Shown one piece after another: positions 28,882 through 39,890 of a DNA stretch of 64,000 nt. The notes beneath the pieces are model-generated. The model ran no database searches and was not told the DNA's origin. It saw only the letters and a list, made by a program, of their open reading frames with translations. The position numbers and the translations under genes were made by a program. The stretch spans positions 22,003 to 86,002 of the forward strand of contig JBDHUN010000001.1 of NCBI GenBank assembly GCA_039809225.1. The letters run 5' to 3'. The DNA is from Candidatus Saccharimonas sp. GTDB taxonomy: Bacteria; Patescibacteriota; Saccharimonadia; Saccharimonadales; Saccharimonadaceae. How positions within the stretch are numbered: position 1 is the stretch's first letter; each line of letters starts with the position of its first letter.

Positions 28882-29178
28882 CGGTTGTATAAACGGGAAC
28901 AAAAGTTTCCTTATACGATATACATTGACAAATCGATAGTTAGTAAATAACCATACGGGATGTGCGAGTTATCATGAGTAGCAACTTGGACACCCCGAAT
29001 GGTGCCGCAGGTGCACCCATGAGGGTTCGGGGATCCAGAGAAAACAATGTCGGCCCGCTCCCCCCAGTCCTCGAGCGGACGGGCGAGCACCCTATTTGTA
29101 AGTGTGTCTCGCATCGGTCTCTGGCCAGCCCCCTTCTATCGATTTGTCTTATTTTTTCGCCCGATGAGGGCTTTTTTT
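28882..29178 (+). ncRNA. Candidate structured ncRNA of unknown class (about 300 nt)
   Basis: Runs from the consensus promoter to a weak GC hairpin plus T7 (29159-29178). GC-rich core with nested helices (CCCCGAA..TTCGGGG, GGTGC..GCACC, CCGCTC..GAGCGG). The ORFs over it are unconvincing. Confidence 0.3.
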
Positions 29179-29219
29179 GATGGTATAATATAGAAAGTAA
29201 TAAGAGGAGAAAGTGTAAT

Positions 29220-29480
29220 ATGGCAGAGCGTGAACGGATAAATGGTGCATGGTCACAGAATATGATGAAGGCGGGAGATGATATGGATCTCCAAGTAGCG
29301 GTTGCAAAACTAGATGCAATTGAAACTATGGAAACAGAAGAGGCATCACATGCGTTTAATGAATGGGTTGGTGTGATTGCGGAAAAACTGCAACAGCATG
29401 AGCTTACCGCTGCGGAGATGGCGACGGTGATTGACGGTATCCGCGAGTCACTTGATAAGCACTATTCCGCAGATGCCTAA
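29220..29480 (+). CDS. Hypothetical acidic small protein
   Basis: 86 aa with SD aagaggag and an extended -10 (TGgTATAAT 29181-29189) upstream. Confidence 0.5.
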   Translation: MAERERINGAWSQNMMKAGDDMDLQVAVAKLDAIETMETEEASHAFNEWVGVIAEKLQQHELTAAEMATVIDGIRESLDKHYSADA

Positions 29481-30891
29481 AACATTCTTTTTCTATGATC
29501 TCGAGACCAGCGGGCTTAATCCCCGTGAGGACCGCATCATGCAGTTTGCCGGGCAGCGCACGGAAATGGATCTCAACCCGGTAGGTGAGCCATATAATAT
29601 GCTGGTGGCGCTCAACGACGACACATTGCCCAGCCCGGACGCCCTGATGGTAACCGGCATCAGCCCGCAAAAAACCCAAGATGAAGGGTACACCGAGGCG
29701 CAGTTTTGCAAGATTGTCCAGGAAGAAATCTTTACCGAGGACACGATCCTAGTAGGGTTTAACAACGTTCGGTTTGATGATGAGTTCATGCGCTATACCT
29801 TCTGGCGGAATTTTCATGACCCCTACGCCTGGGCGTGGCGTGACGGTCGGGCACGCTGGGACATGCTCGATGTCGTACGGATGACGCGGGCACTGCGACC
29901 GGACGGTATCGAATGGCCGGTTGATGGCGATGGCGTGCCGACGAATCGGCTAGAGCTCATCACGGCCGCCAATGGTATTGCTCATGAGAATGCCCATGAT
30001 GCGCTAGCGGACGTCGAAGCATTGATCGCCGTGGCAAAATTGATCAAGACCAAACAACCGCAGCTATTTGACTACCTGCTGTCGATGCGCGACAAAAAAG
30101 CCGTCCAAACACTCGTCAGCCTCGATACCAAACAGCCGTTTGTCTATGCTAGCGGCCGCTACGATAATGAATGGCAAAAGGTCACAGTGGCATTTCCGCT
30201 CACTGCTGCGGCAAATAGCAATGTATTGGTATATGACCTGCGCTATGACCCAGCCAGTGTCATTGACCTCAGCGAGAAAGAGCTGGCCGACAAAGTCTTT
30301 GCCAGCTGGGAGGAACGTCAAAAACCTGATTTTGTGAAGCTACCCGTAAAAGTGTTGCAATATAATCGCTGTCCGGCGGTAGCGCCGCTTGGTGTGCTCG
30401 CTGCTGGTGATGGTTGGCAAAAGATCGGGCTTGATCAAGCGACCATCGAACGGCATATGAAAACTCTGCTGGCTCGTCCGGATTTTGCCGAAAAACTGCA
30501 TACCATTTATGAGCGCAAAAAAGACTATGCTGCGTCGCCCGATCCTGAAGGCCAGTTATACGATGGATTTTTAACCGATCGTGACGCCCTACGCGTTGAG
30601 GCAGTACGTGGTGCCAACGAAAATGAGCTAGCTGATTTTCACCCCGAGTTTAATGATGAACGTTTAGCACCGCTGCTGCTTCACTATAAGGCGCGCAACT
30701 ATCCTCGGTCGCTGACCGAAGCCGAAGTGACTCAGTGGGAGGACTGGCGCGCGGCACGAATCAATAGGCAGCTGCCTGGATTTATGAAGTCTCTCACGCG
30801 CTTGGCATCAACAACCGACGAGAGCAAGGCGTTTATGCTCGAAGAGCTAAAATTATGGGTCGAATCAGTGATGCCAACAGATAACGACTAG
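29473..30891 (+). CDS. sbcB: Exodeoxyribonuclease I
   Basis: DEDDh motifs FFFYDLETSGLNP and HDALADV plus an SbcB-type C-terminal region. ATG 29473 overlaps the upstream stop. The ORF is open from 29431. Confidence 0.88.
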   Translation: MPKTFFFYDLETSGLNPREDRIMQFAGQRTEMDLNPVGEPYNMLVALNDDTLPSPDALMVTGISPQKTQDEGYTEAQFCKIVQEEIFTEDTILVGFNNVRFDDEFMRYTFWRNFHDPYAWAWRDGRARWDMLDVVRMTRALRPDGIEWPVDGDGVPTNRLELITAANGIAHENAHDALADVEALIAVAKLIKTKQPQLFDYLLSMRDKKAVQTLVSLDTKQPFVYASGRYDNEWQKVTVAFPLTAAANSNVLVYDLRYDPASVIDLSEKELADKVFASWEERQKPDFVKLPVKVLQYNRCPAVAPLGVLAAGDGWQKIGLDQATIERHMKTLLARPDFAEKLHTIYERKKDYAASPDPEGQLYDGFLTDRDALRVEAVRGANENELADFHPEFNDERLAPLLLHYKARNYPRSLTEAEVTQWEDWRAARINRQLPGFMKSLTRLASTTDESKAFMLEELKLWVESVMPTDND

Positions 30892-31160
30892 ATGTCGCCG
30901 TAGCGGCGGCGCGGCATGTGCCGCTTGCTGGCGAGTTTGCGGTCACGATGAGCGGCAATGAGTGCCTCGGCGTACCAGGTAACCATCAGGCTGATGGCGG
31001 TGCAGTAAAGTGCTATCATTACCCAAAATGGCATAGCGATTGACGTACCGGGTAGGCTGCCAGTAAGAATGAGATTGAGAATAGCATTCATAATCTGACC
31101 CTGGCCGAGCAGCATCAGTACAAAAACAACAGCGGTGGACGTGACGATGAAGTTTTTCAT
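30888..31160 (-). CDS. Hypothetical small membrane protein
   Basis: 90 aa with three hydrophobic helices and a basic C-terminus. Confidence 0.5.
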   Translation of the reverse strand: MKNFIVTSTAVVFVLMLLGQGQIMNAILNLILTGSLPGTSIAMPFWVMIALYCTAISLMVTWYAEALIAAHRDRKLASKRHMPRRRYGDI

Positions 31161-31433
31161 AATAGCAACCGATTACCTCAATTATATTATTACCATTATA
31201 TCACAAAAGTGATTAAAATGCAATAGTATTGGATAAACTAATTAAAATAACATGGACAATATATCCGCATGGTGGTCACATTCTATCTTCGGGCACTCTT
31301 TATGGGTGGCTGCGCCAGCTCATGGCGTTCGGCTGGCCCGCTGAGGCGGACCACAGTCCCTCGGATAGAACGCGACCAACACACGGCTTAGTCATCTAGA
31401 AAAAAATACCAAAATGCGCTATAATACATAGCC

Positions 31434-34244
31434 ATGTCAGAAGTAATTCGAGTCCAGGGGGCAAGAGAGCACAACCTCAAAGATATCGATGTGGAGATTC
31501 CGCGCGATAAATTTGTGGTAGTGACTGGCCTCAGCGGAAGCGGCAAATCAAGTTTGGTGTTTGATACGATTTATGCTGAAGGACAACGCCGCTATGTCGA
31601 ATCACTGAGTAGCTACGCGCGGCAGTTTCTTGGCATCATGGATAAGCCAGATGTCGATAGTATCGATGGTCTCAGCCCGGCGATTAGTATCGATCAAAAG
31701 TCGACTAGTCGTAACCCGCGCTCGACTGTCGCGACGGTCACGGAAATTTACGATTATCTGCGTCTGCTGTATGCTCGAATCGGTGTGCCGCATTGTCCAG
31801 TTTGCATGAAGGCCGTGCATCGTCGTACCGCTCAGGCGATCATCGATGAAATTATGAAACTACCCCAAGGTATCAAACTGATGGTGCTGGCGCCGGTAGT
31901 CAGTCAAAAGAAAGGTGAGTTCCAGCATATCCCGGAGCAGTATATGCGTACCGGGTTTGCGCGGGCGCGAGTTGATGGCGTTGTCTATGCGCTTGATGAA
32001 TTTCCCGAACTGCAAAAAAGCTACAAGCACGATATCGAAATTGTTGTTGATCGCATCGTGATGAAGCCGGATGCCCTCAGCCGTGTCACACAATCGGTCG
32101 AACAGTCGCTGGAAATTGCCGGTGGTGTGGTGCAGCTGCTCGACGTTGATTCGGGCGACATGCATACGTTTAGCCAGCGTTACGCCTGTGTTGACCACCC
32201 TGGTGAAGATATTCCCGAGCTGGAACCGCGGCTGTTTAGCTTTAACGCCCCGCAAGGCGCTTGTCCAGTTTGTACCGGGCTCGGATCGCGACTGGAAGTC
32301 GATCCTGAGTTGGTATTTAACCCAAACCTGACGATAGCCGAAGGAGCGATTCGCCCCTACAACCGAGTCAATTCCGACGCGTGGTATATGAAACGCCTAG
32401 CAGTCGTTGCGGATGAGCATCATTTTAGTATTCATACGGCGGTCAAAAACTTGCGTCCGGATGATCTCGAAAAAGTTCTCTATGGTACGGGTAGCCAAAA
32501 GTATCGCGTGCGTCTCAGCGGCGGGCGGTACTATGATTCAACCTATGAGGGTGTGATTCCAAATCTTGAGCGTCGCCACAAAGAAACCGACAGTGAGTTT
32601 ATGCGCCGTGATATCGAGCGTTTTATGCGCGAGCGTGAATGCACGGCTTGCAAAGGCGCTCGGCTCAAGCCGGTAGTACTGGCAGTCACGGTGCACGACT
32701 TGTCGATTATGGACATTTGTAATTTGGGTGTCGATGATGCGATTGATTTATTTAATAATCTCAAATTGACGGATGACGAGTTATTTATTGCCAGGCAAAT
32801 TATGAAAGAAATTATGGCGCGACTTGGGTTTATGAGCAATGTTGGTCTGAGCTATCTTGAATTGTCGCGAGCTGCCAATACGCTCAGCGGCGGGGAAGCG
32901 CAGCGCATTCGTTTAGCAACGCAAATTGGCTCGGGGCTTCAGGGTGTACTCTATGTGCTCGATGAGCCGTCGATTGGGTTACACCAGCGTGACAACGATC
33001 GGTTGATCGCAACCTTGAAGCATCTGCGTGATCTCGGCAACTCGGTGCTGGTTGTTGAGCACGACGAAGACACCATCAAGCACGCCGATTATTTGGTGGA
33101 TGTTGGCCCAGGTGCAGGGGTGCACGGCGGCAAGATCGTGGCTCACGGTACGCCTGCCGAAGTGGCAAAAAATAAAGACAGCATTACAGGTCGCTACCTG
33201 GCCGGGACTGAGAAGATTGATGTACCGAAGAAGCGCCGTGCAGTTGAAAAAGATCGCAAATTAGTTATTCGCGGTGCCCGGGAGAATAACCTGAAAAATA
33301 TCGATGTCGCTTTTCCGCTGGGTGTCATGACGCTCGTGACTGGTGTCAGTGGTAGCGGCAAATCAACACTCGTCAATGACATTCTCGCCAAAGAGCTCTC
33401 GGCTCGTCTGCATCGAGCACAGGAAGTACCGGGTGCCCATGAAAATATCGAGGGCATTGAGCATCTCGACAAAGCTATCATCATCGACCAGTCGGCGATT
33501 GGCCGCACGCCGCGTTCAAATCCCGCTACATATACCGGAGTCTTTACGCCGATCCGTGAGCTCTTTGCCGGTACGCCCGAAGCCAATATTCGCGGCTACA
33601 AAGCGGGGCGCTTTAGTTTTAATGTTAAGGGCGGCCGATGTGAGAACTGTCAGGGCGATGGCGTGATCAAAATTGAAATGCATTTCTTGCCGGACGTGTA
33701 TATCCAATGTCCGGAATGCCATGGTAAACGTTATAATCGTGAAGCGCTCGAGATTAAATACAAAGGTAAAACGATTAGCGATGTGCTAGAAATGACGGTC
33801 GAGCAAGCCTGTGGGTTCTTCGAGAATGTGCCGAGCATTTTCCGCAAACTAGCGACGATCAACGAAGTCGGGCTGGGCTACATCAAACTCGGTCAACCGG
33901 CCACGACATTTAGCGGCGGCGAAGCACAACGCATTAAACTCGCGTCAGAATTGTCGCGTCGCAGTACCGGCAAGACGCTTTACATTCTCGATGAGCCCAC
34001 GACAGGCCTACACACTGCCGATGTCAAAAAACTGCTAGAGATCTTGCAGAAGCTGGTCGAAGGCGGCAATAGCATGATTATCATCGAGCACAATCTTGAA
34101 GTCATCAAATGCGCTGACTACATCATCGACATGGGCCCTGAGGGCGGTCAAGGCGGCGGTACGGTTATTGCTGAAGGGACACCAGAAGAGATCACAAAAG
34201 TACCCGCAAGCTTTACGGGCAAGTATCTCAAGGAATTACTTTAG
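31434..34244 (+). CDS. uvrA: Excinuclease ABC subunit A
   Basis: Two ABC modules ([26 protein letters not shown] x2) and Zn-finger Cys pairs. TATAAT 31420-31425 lies 8 nt before the ATG. Confidence 0.95.
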   Translation: MSEVIRVQGAREHNLKDIDVEIPRDKFVVVTGLSGSGKSSLVFDTIYAEGQRRYVESLSSYARQFLGIMDKPDVDSIDGLSPAISIDQKSTSRNPRSTVATVTEIYDYLRLLYARIGVPHCPVCMKAVHRRTAQAIIDEIMKLPQGIKLMVLAPVVSQKKGEFQHIPEQYMRTGFARARVDGVVYALDEFPELQKSYKHDIEIVVDRIVMKPDALSRVTQSVEQSLEIAGGVVQLLDVDSGDMHTFSQRYACVDHPGEDIPELEPRLFSFNAPQGACPVCTGLGSRLEVDPELVFNPNLTIAEGAIRPYNRVNSDAWYMKRLAVVADEHHFSIHTAVKNLRPDDLEKVLYGTGSQKYRVRLSGGRYYDSTYEGVIPNLERRHKETDSEFMRRDIERFMRERECTACKGARLKPVVLAVTVHDLSIMDICNLGVDDAIDLFNNLKLTDDELFIARQIMKEIMARLGFMSNVGLSYLELSRAANTLSGGEAQRIRLATQIGSGLQGVLYVLDEPSIGLHQRDNDRLIATLKHLRDLGNSVLVVEHDEDTIKHADYLVDVGPGAGVHGGKIVAHGTPAEVAKNKDSITGRYLAGTEKIDVPKKRRAVEKDRKLVIRGARENNLKNIDVAFPLGVMTLVTGVSGSGKSTLVNDILAKELSARLHRAQEVPGAHENIEGIEHLDKAIIIDQSAIGRTPRSNPATYTGVFTPIRELFAGTPEANIRGYKAGRFSFNVKGGRCENCQGDGVIKIEMHFLPDVYIQCPECHGKRYNREALEIKYKGKTISDVLEMTVEQACGFFENVPSIFRKLATINEVGLGYIKLGQPATTFSGGEAQRIKLASELSRRSTGKTLYILDEPTTGLHTADVKKLLEILQKLVEGGNSMIIIEHNLEVIKCADYIIDMGPEGGQGGGTVIAEGTPEEITKVPASFTGKYLKELL

Positions 34245-34927
34245 CGTTTTTCTTTGCCCAGTAAGATGCGGACTTCACGCTTGGTACCTTGCCAGAGTGC
34301 TGCGCGGCGTTCCGGTTCTTTAAAGGCATGATAAAGCATTGGTGAAATACTGAGGAAGATAATGATAAGCGCGGCAACTTCGACATTGATACCCATGTCG
34401 TGCAGTACTTTTCCGGCGTAGTAGCCAAGATACGTAAATGCGTAGGTCCACGTAAAGGCGCCGATGAGGTTATATGGCAAAAACTGGCGGTACGTCATTT
34501 TACTGACTCCGGCCACGATAGGAACGAAGGTACGAACAATCGGCACAAAACAAGCGAGCACAATAGCAATCGGTCCATACTTTTCATAGAATGCTTCGGT
34601 ACGAACCAGGTTTTCTTTGCGGAAAAAACGGCTGTTGGGCCGATCGAACAATTTGCGGCCAACTTTCTTGCCAAAGAAATAGCCAGTTTGCTGACCAAGC
34701 AGCGCACAAAGAAATAGCAAAAAAGCGAATAGGTGAATGCTTATATGACCAAACGAGCCAATGCCTTGTTGCACCAAAAATCCTGCTGTAAATAGTAGGC
34801 TGTCGCCAGGGAATAAAAAGCCAATTAATAATCCTGATTCCGCATAAATAACAAACAGCACTGCGGCCACGCCGATGCCGGTAATAAAGTTAAGTAATAC
34901 TTCCATAACGTTTATTGTATCACGCAC
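34241..34927 (-). CDS. DedA family membrane protein
   Basis: ESGLLIGFLFPGDSLLFTAGFL motif and multi-pass topology typical of DedA/SNARE-associated proteins. Confidence 0.85.
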   Translation of the reverse strand: MRDTINVMEVLLNFITGIGVAAVLFVIYAESGLLIGFLFPGDSLLFTAGFLVQQGIGSFGHISIHLFAFLLFLCALLGQQTGYFFGKKVGRKLFDRPNSRFFRKENLVRTEAFYEKYGPIAIVLACFVPIVRTFVPIVAGVSKMTYRQFLPYNLIGAFTWTYAFTYLGYYAGKVLHDMGINVEVAALIIIFLSISPMLYHAFKEPERRAALWQGTKREVRILLGKEKR

Positions 34928-35128
34928 TTGATGTGGAATTGGCGCTATTCTTCTTCAATCACCAGCCAGCCGCCAACTAATTATATATCTTGGCTGGCCT
35001 TGCCAACTGCTTGAAGAAGCATCACGCCAATTCTCCACATCGAGCTAGCATTTGATAAATAAGATGAATTTATGCTATAATTACGTAGAATAATAGCTCC
35101 GTAAACGTATCCAAAGAAAGGGAGAGAG

Positions 35129-35875
35129 ATGGGAGACAAAATTAGTCTTAAAATTGATGAGCGTACGCTCCAAGGTAAAAAAGTAAAGGCACTGCGCAAG
35201 CAGGGACTGACGCCAGGTGTGGTGTATGGCCCCGGTATGGAGCCGATGGCGATTCAGGCAGATGCCGGTGAAGTTCGCAAAGTCGTGACCACAGCTGGTA
35301 AACATACGCCAGTAAACCTAACGGGCAGCAAGCGCCGCATTGCCATGATCAAAGATGTTGATTTCGATCCGACCAAACATGGTAATATTCGTCACATTTC
35401 ATTCCATGCCGTCAAGGCCGATGAGCCGGTGACGACGACAGTTCCAATTCGCCTGGTGGGTGAAGGTGAAAGCGAAGCCGAAAAAGCCGGGCTGGTCGTA
35501 CTGCAGGCGCTCGACAAGATCGAGATCAAGGCCCTGCCTATGGAATTGCCAGAAGCGCTGGAAGTTTCGATTATCGACCTTAAGGAAGCCGGTGATCGTG
35601 TCACGGTTGGTGATATTACAATGCCGGCTGGTGTTGAATTGGTTGAGCACGATGACGGTAAAGCCGACGAAGACGAGGAAGAAGAAAAACCAAAAATCAC
35701 TGACCTAATGGTTGCCAGTGTCTGGGAACCAGCGGCATTGCAAGCTGCTAACGAGGCTGCTGCTGGTGATGCAACTGACGAGTCTGAAGTTGAGGGTGCT
35801 GGTGATGATGAAGGTCAGCCTGACACCGATAAAGACGATGAAGCGCATGATGCGCCAAAATCTGAAGACAAATAA
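35129..35875 (+). CDS. rplY: 50S ribosomal protein L25/Ctc with acidic C-terminal extension
   Basis: N-terminal RKQGLTPGVVYG motif of L25/Ctc. TTGATA-18-TATAAT promoter at about 35064-35093. Confidence 0.88.
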   Translation: MGDKISLKIDERTLQGKKVKALRKQGLTPGVVYGPGMEPMAIQADAGEVRKVVTTAGKHTPVNLTGSKRRIAMIKDVDFDPTKHGNIRHISFHAVKADEPVTTTVPIRLVGEGESEAEKAGLVVLQALDKIEIKALPMELPEALEVSIIDLKEAGDRVTVGDITMPAGVELVEHDDGKADEDEEEEKPKITDLMVASVWEPAALQAANEAAAGDATDESEVEGAGDDEGQPDTDKDDEAHDAPKSEDK

Positions 35876-35927
35876 TAACGACCTTGATTGTACGATACTG
35901 CGCTACTGGTAAAAGCAGCGCAGTGTT

Positions 35928-37667
35928 TTATTCTTCCAAAAATCCGCCACTTTGGCGCTTCCATAATTTGGCGTAAATACCATCATGCGCCAGTAGTTCC
36001 TGATGAGTACCGTCTTCGACGATCTTGCCTTGATCGAGCACGATGATACGATCGAGTTTGGCAATAGTCGACAAACGGTGCGCAATGACGATGCTGGTAC
36101 GGCCTTTCATCAGATCGACGAGCGCATCTTGGATTAGCTTTTCGCTCTCGCTATCGAGCGCGCTCGTGGCTTCATCGAGCACAAGAATCGGGGCATCTTT
36201 GAGGATTGCCCTAGCGATCGCAATGCGCTGGCGCTGGCCACCCGAGAGCTTGACACCGCGCTCACCAACGACAGTATCAAGTCCCTGCGGCATCGTGTCG
36301 ATAAACTCCCACGCATTGGCGCGTTTGGCCGCTAGCACGATGTCGTCATTTGTTGCGTCTGGCATACCATACGAAATGTTCTCACGTAGTGTGCGGTGGA
36401 ACAACATTGGTTCTTGAGGCACGTACGAAATGTACGAGCGAAGCTGTGCTTGTGGAATATCGCGCAGATCGTGATTATTGATTGCAATAAAACCCTCTGT
36501 TACATCACTGAAACGCAACAACAACTGTACGATTGTTGATTTGCCAGCGCCCGAGTGTCCAACAATACCAACTTTTTGCCCAGCAGGAATACGAAGTGAG
36601 ATGTCGTGAATGACTAACTCGTTGCTGTCGGGATAATGATAGGCGACGCGGCTAAAATCAATCGATGGTTCAACCAGATCAACCTTTTGCTTAGTGCTCG
36701 TGTCAACAACCGTGTTTTTGCTTAGCAACATTTCTGTCATAGGCTGCGCGTCGAGGAATGCTTGGTCATATCCATTGATAATATCGCTGAGCGTAAACAA
36801 TTGCGAGCCAACTCGTTGCATGTAGGCCAGCACGAACACGGCGGTCGCAATCGACATAGCACCGCGCTGGATGAGCGCGGCCGAGACAATAATTGAAATA
36901 ATTTGGATGATCACCATCAGCAGGACTCGAGCAGAACCTTCACGCATAACAAATCCAATATCTTTCTGATATATACTGGTGAACCTGCTTGTTAATTTAT
37001 GCAGAGCGGCGATCTCTCGTTTTTCGCCTGCATAACTACGTACGATGAGGTTGTTGGTCAGAGCGTCAGCCACTTCACCATGAATCGTGCTGACAAGTGT
37101 TTTGCGCTCGTGACGAAGCGGCGCACGATGTTTTGCGCTCCAACGAATCTGTACGACCAGCGCGACAATCATAATAGTAATGAGCATCGCGACAATCGGC
37201 GAAGTAAAAAATAATATCGCGATACCAGTACCAACAGTCAACACAAACCCAAGTGTGCGAATAATAAATAAATCTTGGATTGTCACGTAACTGCGTACAA
37301 AATCGATATAGCGGCTTGTCATCGCTCCAATTTTTTGATTGACGAAAAATGCATGGTCTTTGTGCATAAGTGTCTCAAATACCGACTCGCGTAACTCGCG
37401 CATCATATATGACTCGTGAATCACCATAGCCCTGAACCCTGCGTAATTGAGTGCAACACCAATGAGCCCTGATATAGACGCGATTGTCAGTGTGGATTGA
37501 ATGGTTGTCGCGCCGCTTGAAAGTTGACCAATTGCCTGGCTCAAAAAATACGGCAACACACTATCGATGACTGTTGCACCAAGTGGTATACAAATAAGCA
37601 TGGTATAAAAAGTGCGCTTATGATTGCGTACGTGTTGCCAATAGAATTTTAATGTTTGACGATTCAA
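35928..37667 (-). CDS. ABC exporter, fused permease/ATP-binding protein (MsbA/LmrA-like)
   Basis: Six-TM N-domain, Walker A GHSGAGKST, signature LSGGQRQR and Walker B ILVLDEATSALD. Confidence 0.88.
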   Translation of the reverse strand: MNRQTLKFYWQHVRNHKRTFYTMLICIPLGATVIDSVLPYFLSQAIGQLSSGATTIQSTLTIASISGLIGVALNYAGFRAMVIHESYMMRELRESVFETLMHKDHAFFVNQKIGAMTSRYIDFVRSYVTIQDLFIIRTLGFVLTVGTGIAILFFTSPIVAMLITIMIVALVVQIRWSAKHRAPLRHERKTLVSTIHGEVADALTNNLIVRSYAGEKREIAALHKLTSRFTSIYQKDIGFVMREGSARVLLMVIIQIISIIVSAALIQRGAMSIATAVFVLAYMQRVGSQLFTLSDIINGYDQAFLDAQPMTEMLLSKNTVVDTSTKQKVDLVEPSIDFSRVAYHYPDSNELVIHDISLRIPAGQKVGIVGHSGAGKSTIVQLLLRFSDVTEGFIAINNHDLRDIPQAQLRSYISYVPQEPMLFHRTLRENISYGMPDATNDDIVLAAKRANAWEFIDTMPQGLDTVVGERGVKLSGGQRQRIAIARAILKDAPILVLDEATSALDSESEKLIQDALVDLMKGRTSIVIAHRLSTIAKLDRIIVLDQGKIVEDGTHQELLAHDGIYAKLWKRQSGGFLEE

Positions 37668-37796
37668 AAAACCTCCTTTTTAGAATGATATGTTAGTTGT
37701 TTATGTCGCTAGTGGTCGGGACGTCCCGACATTTTTTATGGGCGGGTAGAGGAACGGCCGGGTGGCGGTTCATAGTTTCTCTAGTATACTAAGGAC

Positions 37797-38294
37797 ATGA
37801 GCAAGTTGCAACAGTTACGAGAAAATCCATGGTACGAACGTATCTACAAAATTGGTGTCGTAGTCAAAGGCTTTGACGGCGTGATTGAGCTAGCAGCCGG
37901 GTTGTGGCTGTGGCTGGCACCTGGCTCGCTTCACGCTCTTCTTAACACCTGGCAAGGCAAGGCATTGTCGTGGCATGGCGCCATCGGCCATCACTTGGCG
38001 ACAAGTCTCGAAAAAACAAACCACGAGCTTTATGGCGGCGTGATGCTAATGGCGATCATATTTTTGCTGAGTCACGGTATTATCAAACTGGCGCTCGTGT
38101 ATGCACTCATGAAAGAGCTACTATGGGCTTACCCCTATGCATTAGTAGTGCTTGTGCTATTTCTCGCCGCTCAGATTATCGCCTTATTTCAACACCAAAG
38201 TGTCGGTATGCTCCTTCTCATGCTGTTGGATATAGTGATTATCTGGCTAGTATGGGGCGAATGGCAAAAGCTGAGCTCTAAACAAGCACATTGA
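37797..38294 (+). CDS. Membrane protein, DUF2127-like
   Basis: 165 aa, 4 TM, N-terminal YKIGVVVKGFDGVIELAAGLWLW resembling DUF2127. TATACT 37785-37790 lies 6 nt before the ATG. Confidence 0.5.
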   Translation: MSKLQQLRENPWYERIYKIGVVVKGFDGVIELAAGLWLWLAPGSLHALLNTWQGKALSWHGAIGHHLATSLEKTNHELYGGVMLMAIIFLLSHGIIKLALVYALMKELLWAYPYALVVLVLFLAAQIIALFQHQSVGMLLLMLLDIVIIWLVWGEWQKLSSKQAH

Positions 38295-38346
38295 CAAACC
38301 GGAGATTTTTTGCTATGTTGAAGTTACAGCACCTCGCTTGGTCATC

Positions 38347-38368
38347 GACCTCGCGAGGTCTTTGTTTT
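38347..38368 (+). terminator. Rho-independent terminator
   Basis: GACCT-CGCG-AGGTC hairpin followed by TTTGTTTT. Confidence 0.6.
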
Positions 38369-38383
38369 GATATAATATAAGTT

Positions 38384-38974
38384 ATGAAACGTATCGTGCT
38401 CGTCGACGGCGAGAATCTCATGTATGGCTTGCGGCATCTCTTAGGAAATGGTGATGAAAAAGCTGAACGGCTCGTGCTTCAGGGGTTTAACTTTCGCGGC
38501 TTGCTGGAAGATATTTTGCAAGATAATTTGCCGGCTGAAGTACTTTGGTTTGGTGCCAAGTTGAGAATTTATGATGAAAATAATGATATCAAGCAGAAGT
38601 CAGAGTCAGCTGTTCGCTTGCAATCACATTTTGTAAATGATATTCAAAAACAAAAGATTACTTTTATCAAAGTTGGATATCTACGCGCAAGAGAAGTTGA
38701 GTGTGAACGAGGTCATGTATCTTGGAAATTGACGGAAAAAGGTGTAGATGTGGGGATCGCTGTGCGCATCGTGATGGAAGCAAACGCTAATACTGAGATC
38801 GTAGTCGTTAGCGCTGACACGGACTTGTTACCAGCGCTACGGGCGGCTACGAAACTGGGCGCGAAAGTGCTTCACATTAGTTACGAACATCGACCAGTCG
38901 CTTCGCTATCTCGTGCAGCAAGCGCAACAAGGATAATAACTATTCCATTAGCCCAAAAATACAGAAAGCAGTGA
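38384..38974 (+). CDS. NYN (LabA-like) domain protein
   Basis: [10 protein letters not shown]-terminus, GVDVGIAV and [13 protein letters not shown] motifs of NYN/LabA nucleases. Confidence 0.7.
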   Translation: MKRIVLVDGENLMYGLRHLLGNGDEKAERLVLQGFNFRGLLEDILQDNLPAEVLWFGAKLRIYDENNDIKQKSESAVRLQSHFVNDIQKQKITFIKVGYLRAREVECERGHVSWKLTEKGVDVGIAVRIVMEANANTEIVVVSADTDLLPALRAATKLGAKVLHISYEHRPVASLSRAASATRIITIPLAQKYRKQ

Positions 38975-38987
38975 TACAATACCAGCG

Positions 38988-39890
38988 ATGCAAAAAATTC
39001 TTCTATACTACAAATTCACGCAACTGGCCGATCCGGAGTCTGTAAAGCTATGGCAAAAGACACTATGTGATTTATTGAATTTAAAAGGACGGATTTTGGT
39101 GAGCCGTCATGGTATCAATGGCACGGTTGGTGGTGATCTCGACGATCTAAAATCGTATGTGAAGGCCACGAAACAGTACCCGGAATTCAAGGACATAGTC
39201 TGGAAATGGTCCGATGGTAGCCGCGACGATTTCCCCCGCATGAGTGTAAAAGTACGGCGTGAGTTGGTGGGTTTCAAAAATTCCGATGATGAGTTTGAAG
39301 TTGACGAACAAGGTGTCATTGGCGGCGGCAAACATCTGAAGCCGCATGAAGTCAACGAAATGGTTGAGAAGTTTGGCGACGATGTCGTATTCTTTGACGG
39401 TCGCAACGAGCACGAAGCGCGTATTGGCAAGTTTAAAAACGCGGTCGTGCCAAATACGCATACCTCACGTGACTTTATTGCCGAGCTTGAAAGCGACAAA
39501 TATGATCAGTTAAAAAATAAGAAAGTTATCACGTATTGTACGGGTGGTATTCGTTGCGAAGTGATTTCCGCCATGATGAAAAAACGTGGTTTCAAAGATG
39601 TCTACCAAATTGACGGCGGCATTGTGAAATACGGTGAAAAATACGGCGACGATGGGTTGTGGGAAGGTGCTTTGCGTGTTTTCGACAATCGTATGACGCT
39701 AAACTTTAGTGATCATACTAAAACAATTGGTGAATGTACGCACTGTCAGGGCAAAACGAGTAACTTTGAAAACTGCGCCGAGCCGAGCTGCAACGCATTG
39801 GTACTAATTTGTGAAGACTGTAAACAAAATGCCGAGTTACTCTACCATACAGAAACATGCAGAAAGGTTCATAATGCCGCACATTCATGA
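38988..39890 (+). CDS. trhO: Rhodanese-domain tRNA uridine(34) hydroxylase (UPF0176/YceA family)
   Basis: UPF0176 N-domain (ILLYYKF) and rhodanese active-site loop YCTGGIRCE, with a Cys-rich C-terminus. Confidence 0.8.
   Translation: MQKILLYYKFTQLADPESVKLWQKTLCDLLNLKGRILVSRHGINGTVGGDLDDLKSYVKATKQYPEFKDIVWKWSDGSRDDFPRMSVKVRRELVGFKNSDDEFEVDEQGVIGGGKHLKPHEVNEMVEKFGDDVVFFDGRNEHEARIGKFKNAVVPNTHTSRDFIAELESDKYDQLKNKKVITYCTGGIRCEVISAMMKKRGFKDVYQIDGGIVKYGEKYGDDGLWEGALRVFDNRMTLNFSDHTKTIGECTHCQGKTSNFENCAEPSCNALVLICEDCKQNAELLYHTETCRKVHNAAHS

Noticed and set aside
28882-29178. tmRNA, RNase P RNA, SRP RNA or 6S RNA identity for the candidate ncRNA
   Set aside because: I could not find a tRNA-like GGTTCGAATCC...CCACCA end, the GGAAAGTCC P4 motif or the GGAAGGAAGCAG SRP motif on either strand. 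The class is left open.
37715-37737. Perfect 16-bp palindrome GTCGGGACGTCCCGAC followed by a T-run, between the divergent ABC exporter and DUF2127-like genes
   Set aside because: It looks like a + strand terminator, but there is no upstream + strand gene. It may be an operator or an insulating hairpin. There is not enough evidence to call it a feature.
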